From NCBI RefSeq assembly GCF_006345805.1, contig NC_042999.1:45384001-45448000 (forward strand): DNA of 64,000 nt, in the 5' to 3' direction. Positions within the stretch are counted from its first letter, which is position 1. Every line of letters begins with the position of its first letter. The position numbers were made by a program, and so were the translations under genes. Shown here in pieces: positions 1-12,956 of this stretch. Source of the stretch: Octopus sinensis. Lineage: Eukaryota. The notes under the pieces were generated by a model. That model saw only the letters and a program-made list of their open reading frames with translations. It did no database searches and was not told where the DNA came from.

Positions 1-462
1 TGAGCATTGAGGGTCAATATAATTGGCTTAGCTCTCCCTCAAAATTTGGGCCTTGTATGAAAATTTAAATCCAATATTTAACACAGGACTTCCATACATG
101 AAAATCTTTTCACACACACATGCTCACACAGAAAAATTCATTTTTCTGGTGGTGGTGGTGGTGGTGGAAAGAGATTAAAAAGTGATTTGTGATTAAATCA
201 AAGCAAAACTGAACTTCCTATCTCCACCTGTTAAGTATATTTACTCAACTACAATATGATCTCAAACATAATACAGCCTTCTCTTTTCCAACTTTAAAAT
301 ATCAATAACATACAACTGAGAAGCACTGAAATGTAATACTATCTGTGTATGCCAGTTTTGGGAAAATTGGTAAACTGCAGCCCATAGGACTTGCTGAATG
401 TCATATCTAATTTTATGAGGAAAATAACATTTTATAAAATTTTGGGGTTTTTTTTTTTGTAG

Positions 463-498
463 TGCAGCTCATCTGAAGATGAACCATGTCTCATGTGG
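463..498 (+). CDS. Candidate 36-nt internal exon of an unidentified host gene
   Basis: Strong acceptor (T)n-GTAG at 448-462 and a GTCAGT donor at 499. The phase 2-2 reading xAAHLKMNHVSC(G) joins the 10417 candidate in frame. No homology recognised. Confidence 0.2.
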
Positions 499-1606
499 GT
501 CAGTTCTCGTAAAAGGCTGCTCATGCCTCATGTATACTATATTGATTAGTATACTATGCATACGATAGAATACTATGTATACTATAGAAGATTACTATTG
601 GCTCATACAACAATCTATTTCTATTCAAACATGGTAAAAAACATATAAATTTACTGAAAAATGTAACCTTATTGAACATTTGAAAAAAAAGTGTCCTTAA
701 TTTGCATGTTTGAAAATTTTGAATATATAATTAGTTAATTTGCATATTTGATTTGATATTGAACTTGTTATAAAAACACTACAACGTAGCACACAAGTAA
801 ACAGCATACAAAATTTGATAAGTGTGCTACTTATAGAATTGGAAACATTTCATTTACTCAAATTAATTAGACAAACTTAGTCACTTTTTCTGATCATCTC
901 TGCATATGCAGAGAAAATTTTTTGCTGAAGAACCACATTTCAAAGTTTTCTGTTTTACAACTACAATAAATAATACACTTGATTTGTTTATAGAGTTGTT
1001 TAGTCAATTTATGTCAAAAGATTTTTTTTCAAATGAGAGGTTTAAATTACAAAAAAAAAAAAAAAACACATAAAAAAAACCATCAACATGTTTTGCCAAA
1101 TTGCATTTCATGTCAGGTTTCCCTATATTTTGAGAAAACTTTAAATAGCAATAACTTCACGGAACATTGTCTAATATGCATAATTTTATTTCACCAAATG
1201 AAATTTGTTGCCAAGATCTTTAACATATGGATAGATTTATACATGTCATTTAGATGTGAATGCTTTATTTGCCATATCTGCTAAGATGAGGGGGCAGGTG
1301 TATGGACTGGGGGGTTAAGTTTGTGGGCTGTCCGTTAGGTCAGGGGTTTGATTCTCAGACCAGAGAGCACATTATGTCTCTCAGCAAGCAAGGCACTTTA
1401 TTTTGCTTACCTGAAACTGAGCATCAGAGCCAGCTGCATGTTTAACCCACTGATGGACTGATGTCATGTTTAGAAGTGAGTCTTGTAATTCCAGTCAATT
1501 AAATACCATGAAATCTGGGACAATCTCGGCTATAAATGGGCCTGGTAGATTCATGATAGACTTTTATATTTACTAATGCAAACTAATATATTGTGCAGCC
1601 TAAGAG

Positions 1607-1996
1607 CAGTGAGCTGGCAGAAACATTAGCACACCGGACGAAATGCTTAGCGGTATTTTGTCTGCTGTTACGTTCTGAGTTCAAATTCTGCTGAGGTCGA
1701 CTTTGCTCTTCATCTTTTCAGGGTCAATAAATTAAGTACCAGTTACTGTCTGTCCTTGTTTGTGCCCTCTATGTTTAGCCTCTTGTGGGCAATAAAGAAA
1801 TAAGAAACGTTAGCATGCTGGGCAAAATGTTTAGTGGTATTTTACCTGTCTTTAACACTCTGAGTTCAAATTCTGTTGAGGTTAGCTTTGCCATTTATCC
1901 TTTCAGGGTCAATAAAATACTGGGGTAAAAGTAATCAACTTACCCCTCCCTCTTAAAATTGCTGGCTTTGTGCCAAAATGTGAAACCAACATATTA
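1607..1996 (+). mobile_element. SINE family A (one head, duplicated body)
   Basis: Head GTGAGCTGGCAGAAACATTAGCAC followed by two GTTCTGAGTTCAAATTC...GGGTCAATAAA bodies. Confidence 0.85.
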
Positions 1997-2389
1997 TACA
2001 GCCAAAAATTTTCTCAAATTAAACCCTATTGTCTTAAAAAAAAGCATATGTTAGCTATTGTAGTTCTAGGTCAGGATGGTCATGCTTGGAACTCCTTTGA
2101 TTATAGGTCTGTTTGATCAGAGCTGACTAAGTTGTAAACAGCAACAGCTACATTAGAGTAGTTCTAAATATACTGTTTTTCAAAAAAAAAAAAAAGGGAT
2201 GGTCACAGCTGGAATGGATTTAGAGACACTTGTATCCTTGTTTATCACAGGAATTTGGCCAAAATTTTTGTTTCTTTAAAAATTGTGTAATTAGAGTTTC
2301 TTTTAAATGTATTTGCATGTATTTTAGTTTCCAGTATATTTTTGTAGACAAGCTTTCTGTATCTTGATATTGCAGAGAGATTAAAGCAG

Positions 2390-2782
2390 CAAGATGGCAG
2401 AAACATTAGCACACTGGCTGAAATGCTTAGTGGTATTTAGTCTCCTGCTATGTTCTGAGTTCAAGTTCCGCCGAGGTCGACTTTCCCTTTCATCCTTTCG
2501 GGGTCGATTAAATAAGTACCAGTTACGCACTGGTATCGATATAATTAACTTAATCCTTTTTTCTGTCCTTTTTTGTCCTCTCTGTGTTTAGCCCCTTGTG
2601 GGTAGTAAAGAAATAGTATTTCATCTGTCTTTATATTCTCAGTTCAAATTCCACCAAGGTTGACTTTACCTTCATCATTTTGGAGTCGATAAATGAAATA
2701 CCAGGTGTGTACTGGGGTCGATCTAATTGACTAGCCCGATCCCCCAAAATTTCAGGCCTTGTGCTTAGAGTAGAAAAGGATG
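2390..2782 (+). mobile_element. SINE family A (one head, duplicated body)
   Basis: Same head and two bodies as the 1607 copy. Confidence 0.85.
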
Positions 2783-3111
2783 TGGCAAGACGATTATATT
2801 TTCAAAATACATTTTATGTCATCTAAAAATCTACAGCATGTTATTACTGGCCCCCAGCAAGGCATTAATTCAGTATAGAGTCAAATGTTCATATGAAATG
2901 CATGACTATCTCATATTTGGTGACAGCTACAGAATAGCTGTGCAGTCAAGAAGTTTGTTTTGAGATGAAGTAGTTTCAGGTTGCAGTTTTACTAATTGGT
3001 GTCTCGGCCCAAGTGTCTTCTACTGGGTGACCATGGCCTTGTGAGTGAAACTAGTCAGTAGGATTGGAGTAGAAGCCCATTGTGCAGTCAACCTTTACCT
3101 TGTAAAAATAT

Positions 3112-3516
3112 ATACTCTTTTACGCTTTTACATGTTTCAGTCATTTGACTGCAGCCATGCTGGAGCACTGCCTTTAGTCAAGCAAATGGAGCCCAGGACT
3201 TATTCGTTGTAAGCCTAGTACTTATTCTATCGGTATCTTTTGCCAAACCACTAAGTTACAGGGATGTAAACACACCAGCTTCGGTTGTCAAGCGATGTTG
3301 GGGGGACAAACACAGACAAAAAAACACACATATATACATATACATATATACGATGGGCTTCTTTTCAGTTTCCCTCTGCCAAATCCACTCATAAGGCTTT
3401 GGTCGGCCCAAGGCTATAGTAGAAGACACTTGCCCAAGGTACCATGCAATGGGACTGAGCTCAGAACCATGTGGTTGGTAAGCAAGCTACTTACCACACA
3501 GCCACTCCTGTGCCTT
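3112..3516 (-). mobile_element. SINE family B (tRNA-like head, CORE-like segment, internal CA/TA microsatellite, (AAAGAGT)n tail)
   Basis: Reverse complement begins AGGCACAGGAGTGGCTGTGTGGTAAG and contains CCTTGGGCAAGTGTCTT, which resembles the CORE domain. About 20 copies occur in the window. Confidence 0.9.
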
Positions 3517-4099
3517 ATATAAAACTTCTTAACTCTTAACCCATCAGCTGTTTCAGGATCCTTAGATTTATGTAATAATAGTAATGTTCATAATTTGTAG
3601 ATGGAATGTGCAAAATATCTTGGGTATGCCTCTTGAGGAGAGAGAAAGAGGGAGAGAGAGAGAGGGCAAGAGAGAGGGCGAGAGAGAGGGAAAGAGAGAG
3701 AGAGAGAGTGAGAGAGGGGTAGTAATGCAGATAAACAGAATTAAGCTTCATACGCACACACACATACAAACACATATATAGATTGATACACCACAAGGAC
3801 ACATATATATATACAAATATTCAGAAATATGAACACATATACATATGATTACATATATACAAATATATTTACATAGAGAATGAAAAATACAGAATACAAA
3901 GAAGAGAATACATAACTCTTAACCCAACAACTGTTTCAGGAAGCTCAGATTTACATAATAATAGTAATGCTCATAATTTGCTATGGGAATGTACAAAACA
4001 TCTTGGGTATGCAATGATTAAACAGTTACACTGAGATATTACCAGAAGTCTGGTTACCAAGAGAAAGTTGGCAAAATGGTGTATATAAATATATTTGTG

Positions 4100-4595
4100 T
4101 ATGCGTGGCTGTGTGGTAAGAAGCTTGCTTTCTTAGTCACATAGTTCCAAGTTCAGTCCTACAGTGGGGCATTGTGAGCAATGTCTTCTACTATAGCCTC
4201 GGGCTGACCAAAGCCTTATGGGCAGATTGATTTGGTAGGTGGAAACTGAAAGAAGCCCATCATATGTATGTATGTATATATACATACATATATATATATA
4301 TATGTATGTATGTATGTATGTATTATGTATGTATGTATGTACGTATGTATGTATGTATGTATGTATGTATGTATGCATGTATGTATGTGTTTAAGTGTGT
4401 GGATCAGTGTTTGTCCCCTCTGCCATTGCTTGTGAGTTTGTGTTCCTGTAAATTAGCATTTTAGCAAAAAAGACTGATAGAATTATTACTAGGCTTACAA
4501 AGAATAAGTCCTGGGGTCGATTTCTATGACTAAAATCCTTTAAAGTGGTGAGCCAGCTTGGCCATAGTTAAATGACTGAAACAAGAAAAAGAATA
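4100..4595 (+). mobile_element. SINE family B
   Basis: Head, (TATG)n insert and 3' body ending ATGACTGAAACAAG. Confidence 0.85.
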
Positions 4596-5446
4596 TATGT
4601 ATATACTTATAGTAGTTGAAAAATATCATTATAGGTATAAATTATACCATAAACAATTATAGAAAAATGGAGGAGAGAAAGATGTTGCATCAAAATTAGA
4701 TTTAATGCAAAATAGAATTCAATACATACACACATTTCAAAGGACAAGGCAAATATGTAAGAAAAAATTATAATTATAGTAATTATAATTAAATTTATGC
4801 ATTGTCATTCTCATCAGTGTGAAGAATTTTTGGAAGGACATCAAAAAGGTTTAATAGAATAAATTAAAATAAGATACAATAAGGGAGAATACAAAAGGGG
4901 TAATAGGGAAAAATCAGATATTTACAAGCAAGTTGTAAAAGTGAAAAATTACAGAAATAATAATAGTGAGAGAGATGAAAGAGAAAAAAAGACAGACATA
5001 TCAATGTATATGCACGTCTATATGTGCAGTAAAATATAACATAAAAATAAGGATAAAAATCTAATGAATATGTTTAGGAAAATGGTAACAGGTCGAGACA
5101 AAGTATAATATAAACAGGGCCATGTGTGTATAGTAGAATATAATGTAACTGGTGAATTAGCAGAAAAAAACCATAAAGAGTTATACATATACATATTAAT
5201 ATTGAAAAATGAATGCATCTCATTAGAAACAACATGGTCCCATTTTCTTCTTAAGAAAAAATATATTTTCATATAAATTAAACATTGTATCATGAATAGC
5301 GATTGCGAAACCGGTCGATACATTAAAAATTATACTATAACCATGTAAGTGTGTGTATTTTCCGTTTTTATTTTATTTTTCATATATACATTACAATCCA
5401 CCACGTGGGGACAACCGAAATTCCTCTTTTCTGTTACTACTATATA

Positions 5447-5631
5447 TAAAGCACCCACTACACTTACGGAGTGGTTGGCGATAGGAAGGGCATCCAGCTG
5501 TAGAAACATTGCCAGATAAGACTGGAGCCTGGTGCAGCCTTCTGGCTTCCCAGATCCCCGGTCGAACCGTCCAACCCATGCTAGCATGGAGAACGGACGT
5601 TAAACGATGATGATGATGATGATGATGATGA

Positions 5632-5634
<3 letters not shown>
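5447..5634 (+). mobile_element. SINE family C 3' part, (GAT)n tail
   Basis: GGAAGGGCATCCAGCTGTAGAAAC...CCAACCCATGCTAGCATGGAGAACGGACGTTAAAC(GAT)n; about 8 copies in the window. Confidence 0.85.
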
Positions 5635-5665
<31 letters not shown>

Positions 5666-5686
5666 GAGTATATATAAAATAAAGTG

Positions 5687-5719
<33 letters not shown>

Positions 5720-6019
5720 AAATCGAGGTTAAAAGTAATAGGCAAGGCTATGTTAGAAAAAAAGTTACAATATTTAAGTAAAAATGTACATACAAGCAAA
5801 GAAAAAAACCTAAGAGGACTTAACAAGGAAAAAAACATTGATCTCAGACAAGACCGGCTGGTGTATTTGGGAGAGTTACTTGACTCAAAAACTAGCCCGG
5901 GAATAGAGAGACAATCAGAAAAAAAGTAGGAACAAAAATGAATATATGTATGAAGGAGAAAATTATTATAAATTTACAAGTGACAGAAAAAACATATACA
6001 CTTAACATATAAGGATAAG

Positions 6020-6321
6020 ATTATTATGTGTGGAGTGAAAGACCAACAAAACTTTTTCTAACACCAAAGATGAACCGAAGACAAGGATTATGGCAGCATT
6101 CACCAACTTAAATAAGGAGACTGTCCAGAAGAATTCCAGGAGATTCTAAAGTTGTCTGGGGTCATGGTTGAAGCCAATGGCGATTTTATTGAATAAATTT
6201 ACTCTTTAGTATTTCAAGATATGTTTATGTAATTTCGGTAAATATATCTGTTAAAATGAGATGTCAGTGATATATTTGTTCTTGCATGATTTAGATGACA
6301 ATATATTCATCGCACCCTGTA
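6020..6321 (+). mobile_element. Tc1/mariner DD37D (maT-like) transposon 3' remnant
   Basis: Decayed translation DYYVW...NTKDEPKTRIMAAFTNLNKETVQK, then a TIR-like end CATCGCACCCTG followed by TA. Confidence 0.6.
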
Positions 6322-6453
6322 TGTGTGCATGTGTGTGTGTGTGTGTGTGTATGTATGTACATATGTATGTATGTATATGTATGTATATATGTATGCATGC
6401 ATGCATATATGTGTGTGTATATATATATATATGTGGATGTGTCAGTGTGTGTG

Positions 6454-6491
<38 letters not shown>

Positions 6492-6701
6492 TGTGTCACT
6501 TGAAAAAAAAACAAAAATTGCTATCAAAGTTTACTGTCCATAATTTAGTGGAGTAGCAAATAGAGATGGTTAAGATTAATACCAGACATCAAACATAAAC
6601 ACTAGTGATAATATGATCAACTGAATCACTTTAGAGCAGTACTCAAACATGGCTCAGTCTGGTCATAATAAGGAAGTCACTGCACACTTGAAACGATAAT
6701 G

Positions 6702-6756
<55 letters not shown>

Positions 6757-6840
6757 TAATCCTTTCTACAATAAGCACAAGGCCTGAAATTTAGGGTGGG
6801 GAATAATTGATTACATTGACCCCAGTGCCTTGGTTCTTAT

Positions 6841-7345
6841 GCCGTAAACACCAATATGAAGTAACAGAGAACTGGCATGAGCATGTACCAAGTAAAGTTA
6901 TGCAGGAGGATGGAAAAGTAACAATACTCTGGGACTATGATTTTCAGACGGATCGTGTAATCAAACATCGTCGGCCGGATGTTGCCATATTAAATAAGAG
7001 AGACAAATAATGTCAGATCATTGATGTAGCCATACCAACTGATATGAATGTTGTGAGTAAAGGGGTTGAGAAAATCACCAAGTATTCCGACTTGATAGTG
7101 GAAATGGCAAGACTGTATGGAATGTGAGAGGGTAATGCAGAAGTGATACCAGTGGTGATCGGAGCGTCTGAAGGCAACTGGAAATCCCATGCAAAATTGT
7201 TGTCTTGCAAAAAGTAACCTTACTGAGCTCAGTGCACATCTTAAGGAAAGTATTATCTGTCCAAGGTCCTTGTTGTGACTTGACAGATGACTAAAAACTC
7301 CGGTGCATTTTTACCTACACTGTGTTACGAAGGAATAATAATAGT
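6841..7345 (+). mobile_element. R4/Dong-like (RLE endonuclease) LINE 3' fragment
   Basis: ILWDYDFQTDRVIKHRRPDVAI...IIDVAIPTD...EKITKYSDL...IPVVIGA is the restriction-like endonuclease C-terminus. It carries stop codons and ends in an AAT-rich tail. Confidence 0.85.
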
Positions 7346-7757
7346 CTCTACTAAAGGTACTAAGCCTGAAAATTTGTGGGAGTGCACTAGTTGATTACAT
7401 AGTTGGTTCATTGGTACTACTTAATTTATTGATCTCAAAAGGATAAAAGGCAAAGTCCACCTTGACAGACTTTTAACTCAGAGCATAAAGACAGATGAAT
7501 ACTGCTAAGCATTTTGTTCAGCATGCTTACGATTCTGCCAGCTCGCTGCCTTGCTTATTAATAATAATCCTTTCTGGGGGAGGGTTATAGTAAAACATAT
7601 TGATCCCAATACTTAGCTGGTACTTATTTTATTGACTCCCAAAAAGATGAAAAGTAAAGTTGACTTGGTGGAACTTGAACTCAGAATGTGAAGGCAGACG
7701 AAATACCGCTAAGCATTTCGCCCATCGCGCTAACAATTCTGCTAGCTTGCCACCTTA
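7345..7757 (-). mobile_element. Two adjacent SINE family A copies
   Basis: Reverse-complement matches to family A at about 7345-7560 and 7565-7757. Confidence 0.75.
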
Positions 7758-7899
7758 ATATTATTACTAATAATAACAATAGATTAATAAATAAATAAAT
7801 AGATAAATAAATAAATAGAGAGAGAGAATTAAAAATAACTTTTAATTGATATAGACCTAGAAATATAATTTGAGACAAAAAAATATTCTAAAATTTATA

Positions 7900-8360
7900 T
7901 AATGAGCATTAAATAAATATATATTTATTATATGGTTATTGTGGGAAAAGGAAATAAGCAAATGGAATATTTTCAAGATAAAAGAGTATTTTCAAATAAA
8001 AGCCAAACATTTAACATTAAACAAAATTCAAAAAGCTAATTTAAATTCTTTTACACGCGCGTTTGATCTGAAAATGCGCTTTCTTTCTTTGTTAGATTTC
8101 TCGAAGTATTTCCTAATGTTGCTTTGTTTTGCTGACTTCTGCTTAGTAGTGATCAATGCATTTTAAAGCATATGCACATGCATAATTTGTTACATAGAGA
8201 AACTTGGCTTCTGTTCAGAATAAGAAAGAAAGGTATCCATGCACGAATGAGCTTTAGGCCAAAGATAGTTTCGCAGTTGTTTCGTTTCTAATTTTCGTGT
8301 TTAGTCAGAACAGGTTGTTGAAGGCTTGATTCTCTGAAACTTACAGCATGGTCAAATAAT
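7900..8360 (-). mobile_element. Old Tigger/pogo 3' remnant
   Basis: Aligns by eye with 10800-11250. The minus strand gives a KQSNIRKYFEKS* type C-terminus. Confidence 0.5.
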
Positions 8361-8406
8361 CTCTTGATTACTGTCTCAACATGTTATCTTTCTTGATGGG
8401 AATTAG

Positions 8407-8438
<32 letters not shown>

Positions 8439-8480
8439 TGCTTGTTTGATTTGACAAATGAACAGCACGTTCATTAACTA

Positions 8481-9000
8481 CATGAACAAACATTTCATGA
8501 ATTTGGTGGCAGTTTGGCAAAGTTGTTTGAATGTTCATCATCATCATCATCTTCAATGTTCTCCCCTTCTTCTTCTTCTTCTTCTTCTTCTTCTTCTTCT
8601 TCCTCTTCCTCCTCCTCCTCCTCCTCCTCTACTTCTTCCCCTTCTTATTCTCCAACCTCTTCTTATTCCCCCTCCCCCTCTTCCTCCTCTTGTTTTTCTT
8701 ATTCCCCTCTCTTCTTCTTCTTCTTCCTCTTCCTCCTCTTGTTTTTCTTATTCACCCCTCTTCTTCTTCTTCTTCTTCTTCTTCTTCCTCCTCCTCCTGC
8801 TGTTCCTCCTCATATATCATCAATATCCCCTTCCTCTCCTTCATCATCAACATCCTTGTTATCATCCTCAACATCACCACCACCATTATCACCATTACCA
8901 CCACCACTGCACTCCCCTACCTTCACCATCATCACCACCAACATCATCATCACCATCATCATCATCTTCATTAATATCATCATCATTACCATCTTAACAT
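8481..9000. repeat. Compound trinucleotide microsatellite (CAT/CTT/CCT/CAC)
   Basis: Directly visible; it generates the poly-S, poly-F and poly-H ORFs. Confidence 0.95.
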
Positions 9001-9017
9001 CCACTTTTCCATACTTG

Positions 9018-9510
9018 CAAAGTTGACCTCAGTGGAATTTGAACTCAAAACGTAATGGCAGACGAAATACCACTAAGCATATCACCTGACATGTTAATGA
9101 TTCTGCCAGCTTACTGCCCTTCAATATTATTAGGAATTGTATAAAAAAAAAATTGTTAAAATATTTTGTGAATCTTGTGTATTGTACATAAACTTTAACA
9201 ACAAAATCTTATATGGACCCTCAAGGGTCATATAGACCCTAGTTGAGAGCTACTGAACTAGAATCAATAAACTAGCCTAATAATGGTTTCAAATTTTGGT
9301 ACAAGACCAGCAAATTTTAGGAGAGACTGTTAGTCAATTAGATTGAACCCCTAAACTAGACAGGTACTTTATTTTATCAATCCTGAAGGAGTTGAGAATA
9401 TGAAGTTGACCTCAACAGGATTTGAAGAAAGAGTGTAAAGGACTAAAAAAAAAACAAATGCAGTTAAGCATTTTGTCCGATGCTTTAATGATACTTCCAG
9501 CTCACTGTCA
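9018..9510 (-). mobile_element. Two partial SINE family A copies flanking a hAT-MITE end
   Basis: Family A fragments at about 9018-9125 and 9283-9510, with a GTTGAGAGCTACTG TIR-like end near 9242-9255. Confidence 0.6.
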
Positions 9511-10416
9511 TCATAAACTTCCCTAATAATAGCAACCTTGTTGTTAATTAGCCCAAAATCAGCCTAGTTGAACAGACTTATGACAAAGGGCATTCCAACC
9601 ATGCCCGCTCTGTCTTTTACCTATGTGCAAGGAACACAGGCTGTCATTCCTTATTTTGGAATTTCAACCGTGTTTTTGTGGTCTGTTACCACAACAGCTC
9701 CTTTATAGGATCTAGTTAGCTCAAGACATCATCAGAAGGAACCACGTCCGGTTTCGGCCCCTACTCCTCTACCGTTTTGATGTGGTGGGCCCCACCCTTT
9801 CGGAGGTGTCTTCAGCTCTGGTGTTGGGTGCATGTTTTCTTTCTTCTTCTTTCTTCTGTTCCCTGGTCTCTTCGATGTTGTGTCAATGAGTGTCAGCAAG
9901 CGACTAACTGTCTCGTCAAATTTTTTCCCTGTAAATGCACATATATTACTTTTTACCGCTAGGGCAGACTTTGCCTTTCATCCTTTCGGGGTCGATAGAT
10001 TAATTACCAGTTGGTGTACTGGAGTTGATCTAATTGACTGGCCCCACTACACAAAAATTTCGGGCCTTATGCCTGGAGTACAAAAGAATATATTACTCTT
10101 TAACATGTTGCAGTGTGAGCTAATAAAAGTTAGGTTGCTGTTTTTAGCTGATTGAAGAACCATATAAAGATTCCTTCATTGGTTTGAGTAACTTCAGGGA
10201 TGTGAAATACTATTATTATGAATTTTTCTGTTGTCGAGGGAGTGGCTGTGTGGTAAGAAGTTTGCTTCTCAACCACATGGCTCTGGGTTAAGAAGCAGTG
10301 ATACAATATAAAGAATACTATTTTATGAACTGCTTAATATAAAAAGTGCAGCCAGTCAATGCTTGCAAGTGAGAATGACTCAGTAATGTGTACCATGTTT
10401 CTATTAATTGTTTTAG

Positions 10417-10527
10417 ATGCTCTGAAGTTATATGTAGACATAGACATTCTCTTGGCTCCTCACCTATGACCCAGTGGCACATTCAGAATGAGAGAGCTGG
10501 TGCAAGAGAGTACCACACAAATGCCTG
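10417..10527 (+). CDS. Candidate 111-nt symmetric (phase 2-2) exon of an unidentified host gene
   Basis: Acceptor TTGTTTTAG and donor TG|GTTAGT. The sequence is non-repetitive and more GC-rich than its flanks. Open frame CSEVICRHRHSLGSSPMTQWHIQNERAGAREYHTNA(W). Product not recognised. Confidence 0.35.
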
Positions 10528-11902
10528 GTTAGTACTCATTTACAATTGAGTAAATGAGTAAGGTGAGTAATAAGAATAATGTGAAATGAGGTTCCCTTGA
10601 TTGAGGAACTAAAGCATTGACTTTATGATTATTAGCTGAACACCCTAACTCCCAGGCCATGTGCTTTCACAACTACTAAATATTCAACAAGCAAACTGGG
10701 AAGAAAAATAAAATCAAACATTGTAAAATTTTATTTAAAAAAGAAAAAGGCATTTTGAAAATAAAACTAAAATTCTAGATCTCACAGCAGAAGTGTTATA
10801 TAATGAATATATGTTTATTATATGGTAATTGCACAATAAGGAAATAAGCAAATCAAATATTTTAAAGATAAAAGAGTATTTCCAAATAGAAACAAAACAT
10901 TTTTACTTCAACAAATTTCAAGAAGCTAATTTAAATTCTCCAACATGACTGTTTGATCTGTAAATGTACTTTCTTTCTTCAATGGATTTTTTAAAGAATT
11001 TTCTAATGTTGTTTTGTTTCACTGATTTCTGTTTTGTAGTGATTGGTGCATTTTAAGCATGTGCACTTGCATAATTTGCTGCATAGAGAAACTTGGATAG
11101 CGTTCAAAATGAAAAAATAAAAAAATAAAGGAAAATATTAATGCACAACTGAGCCATTGACCAAATTATCTTTACAATTGTTTCATTTCTATCGTCATCT
11201 TTGTTCAAAAAAAAAAAAACATTTGCTGAATCTTGATTTTAGGATTAACCACACTGTCAATAATCTCCTGGTATGAAAAGCTATGGGTTAATTCAATATC
11301 AATGTTAATTGCTATTTCATTGATACCTTTACCCCACATGATAATAAAATATATTTTCTATGGATGTTTCTACAGTCTGTATTATTTCTTTTGTGTTCTG
11401 CTGAGCATAAAATTCAGCAAAAGCCACTTCATCTTCAACATCAGAAATTGAATTGCTCAGCATTATAAATAAACCAAAATTTTAGCAATGTTCCCAAAAG
11501 AGTAATAGGTTTTAACAGAAGTCCATATAAAACCAGATAACTTTTAAATTGACTATAACAATCAGGGACAGGAATTTTGATGCAGATTAACTATTTCATA
11601 AAATCATTTCTATAGTGACATTTAAAATTATGGATAAAACCCCCAGACCATCAGTTTAATAACAAAAGTGATATTGAGTTGTAAATAACAAGAAACATTT
11701 CCATAATCCCAAATTAACTTAAATTCAAGGCGAGGAACTCAGTGGTTACCAAGGTGAAAGACACATTCAATATTTAACCTTTTAGCATTTAAACAAACCA
11801 TGTCTGGCCAAAATTAATCTACCTGTTTTATCATCAAACTGGCCAGGTCTGGCCTATCACACTTAGCCTACAATGTTTTTCTAAAAGTAAACAATCCTAC
11901 TT

Positions 11903-12278
11903 GCAGGTATAGCTGTGTGGTACAAAGCTTGCTTCCCAACTTACATGGTTCTGGGCTGATCCCACTGATCCCACTTGGGCAAGTGTCTTCTACTATAGCT
12001 TCAGGCTGACCAAAGCCTCGGGAGTGGATTTGGTAGACAAAAACTGAGAGAAGCCTGCTATATATATATATATATATGTATATATTTTTGTGTGTTTGTG
12101 CTTATACCCCCACCATCGTTTGGCAATCGAGGCTGGTGTGTTTACATCCCCATAACTTAATGGTTCAGCAAAAGAGACTGATAGAATAAGTACTAGGCTT
12201 ACAAATAATAAGTCCTGAAAGTGGTGCTCCAGCATGCACTCAGTCAAATGACTGAAACAAGTAAATGAATAAAAGAAT
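11903..12278 (+). mobile_element. SINE family B
   Basis: Full family B structure. Confidence 0.85.
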
Positions 12279-12328
12279 GTCACTGAAATCTCAAATCTAC
12301 AAAGCAATGCATGACAAATTCATATCAA

Positions 12329-12775
12329 TTCTTTTATTCTTTTATTCGTTTCAGTCATTTGACTGTGGTCATGCTGGAGCACCACCTTTAGTTGAGCAAA
12401 TTGACCCCAGGAATTATTTTTTGTAAGCCTAGTACTTATTCTATCGGTCCCTTTGCTGAACCGCTAAGTGACAGAGATGTAAACAGCATCGGTTGTCAAG
12501 TGATTTGGGGGGAAGAAACACAGACACACAAACATATATACACACACATACATACAAACACACACACATGCACACACACACACACACATATATATATACA
12601 CATACATATATATGATGGGCTTCTTTCTGTTTCCGTCTACCAAATTCACTCACAAGGTTTTGGTCAGCCCAAGGCTAGAGTAGAAGACACTTGCCCAAGG
12701 TGCCACGCAGTGGGACAGAACCCGGAACCATGTGGTTGGTAAGCAAGCTACTTACCACACAGCCACTCCTGCACC
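12329..12775 (-). mobile_element. SINE family B
   Basis: Full family B structure, tail-to-tail with the previous copy. Confidence 0.9.
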
Positions 12776-12956
12776 AATGTGTATAAATAAATATTACGTT
12801 TCATAGAGTAATCTGAATTTTAAAAGATTAAAGGTTTATCTATATTACTTGAATCAAACTACTGATGCTAATCTGTGTGTAAACCAATCTTTATAAGGTT
12901 CTTTACCCATCCTTATATCTTTTAACCTCACAAGAAACTGATATATGCAATACAAA

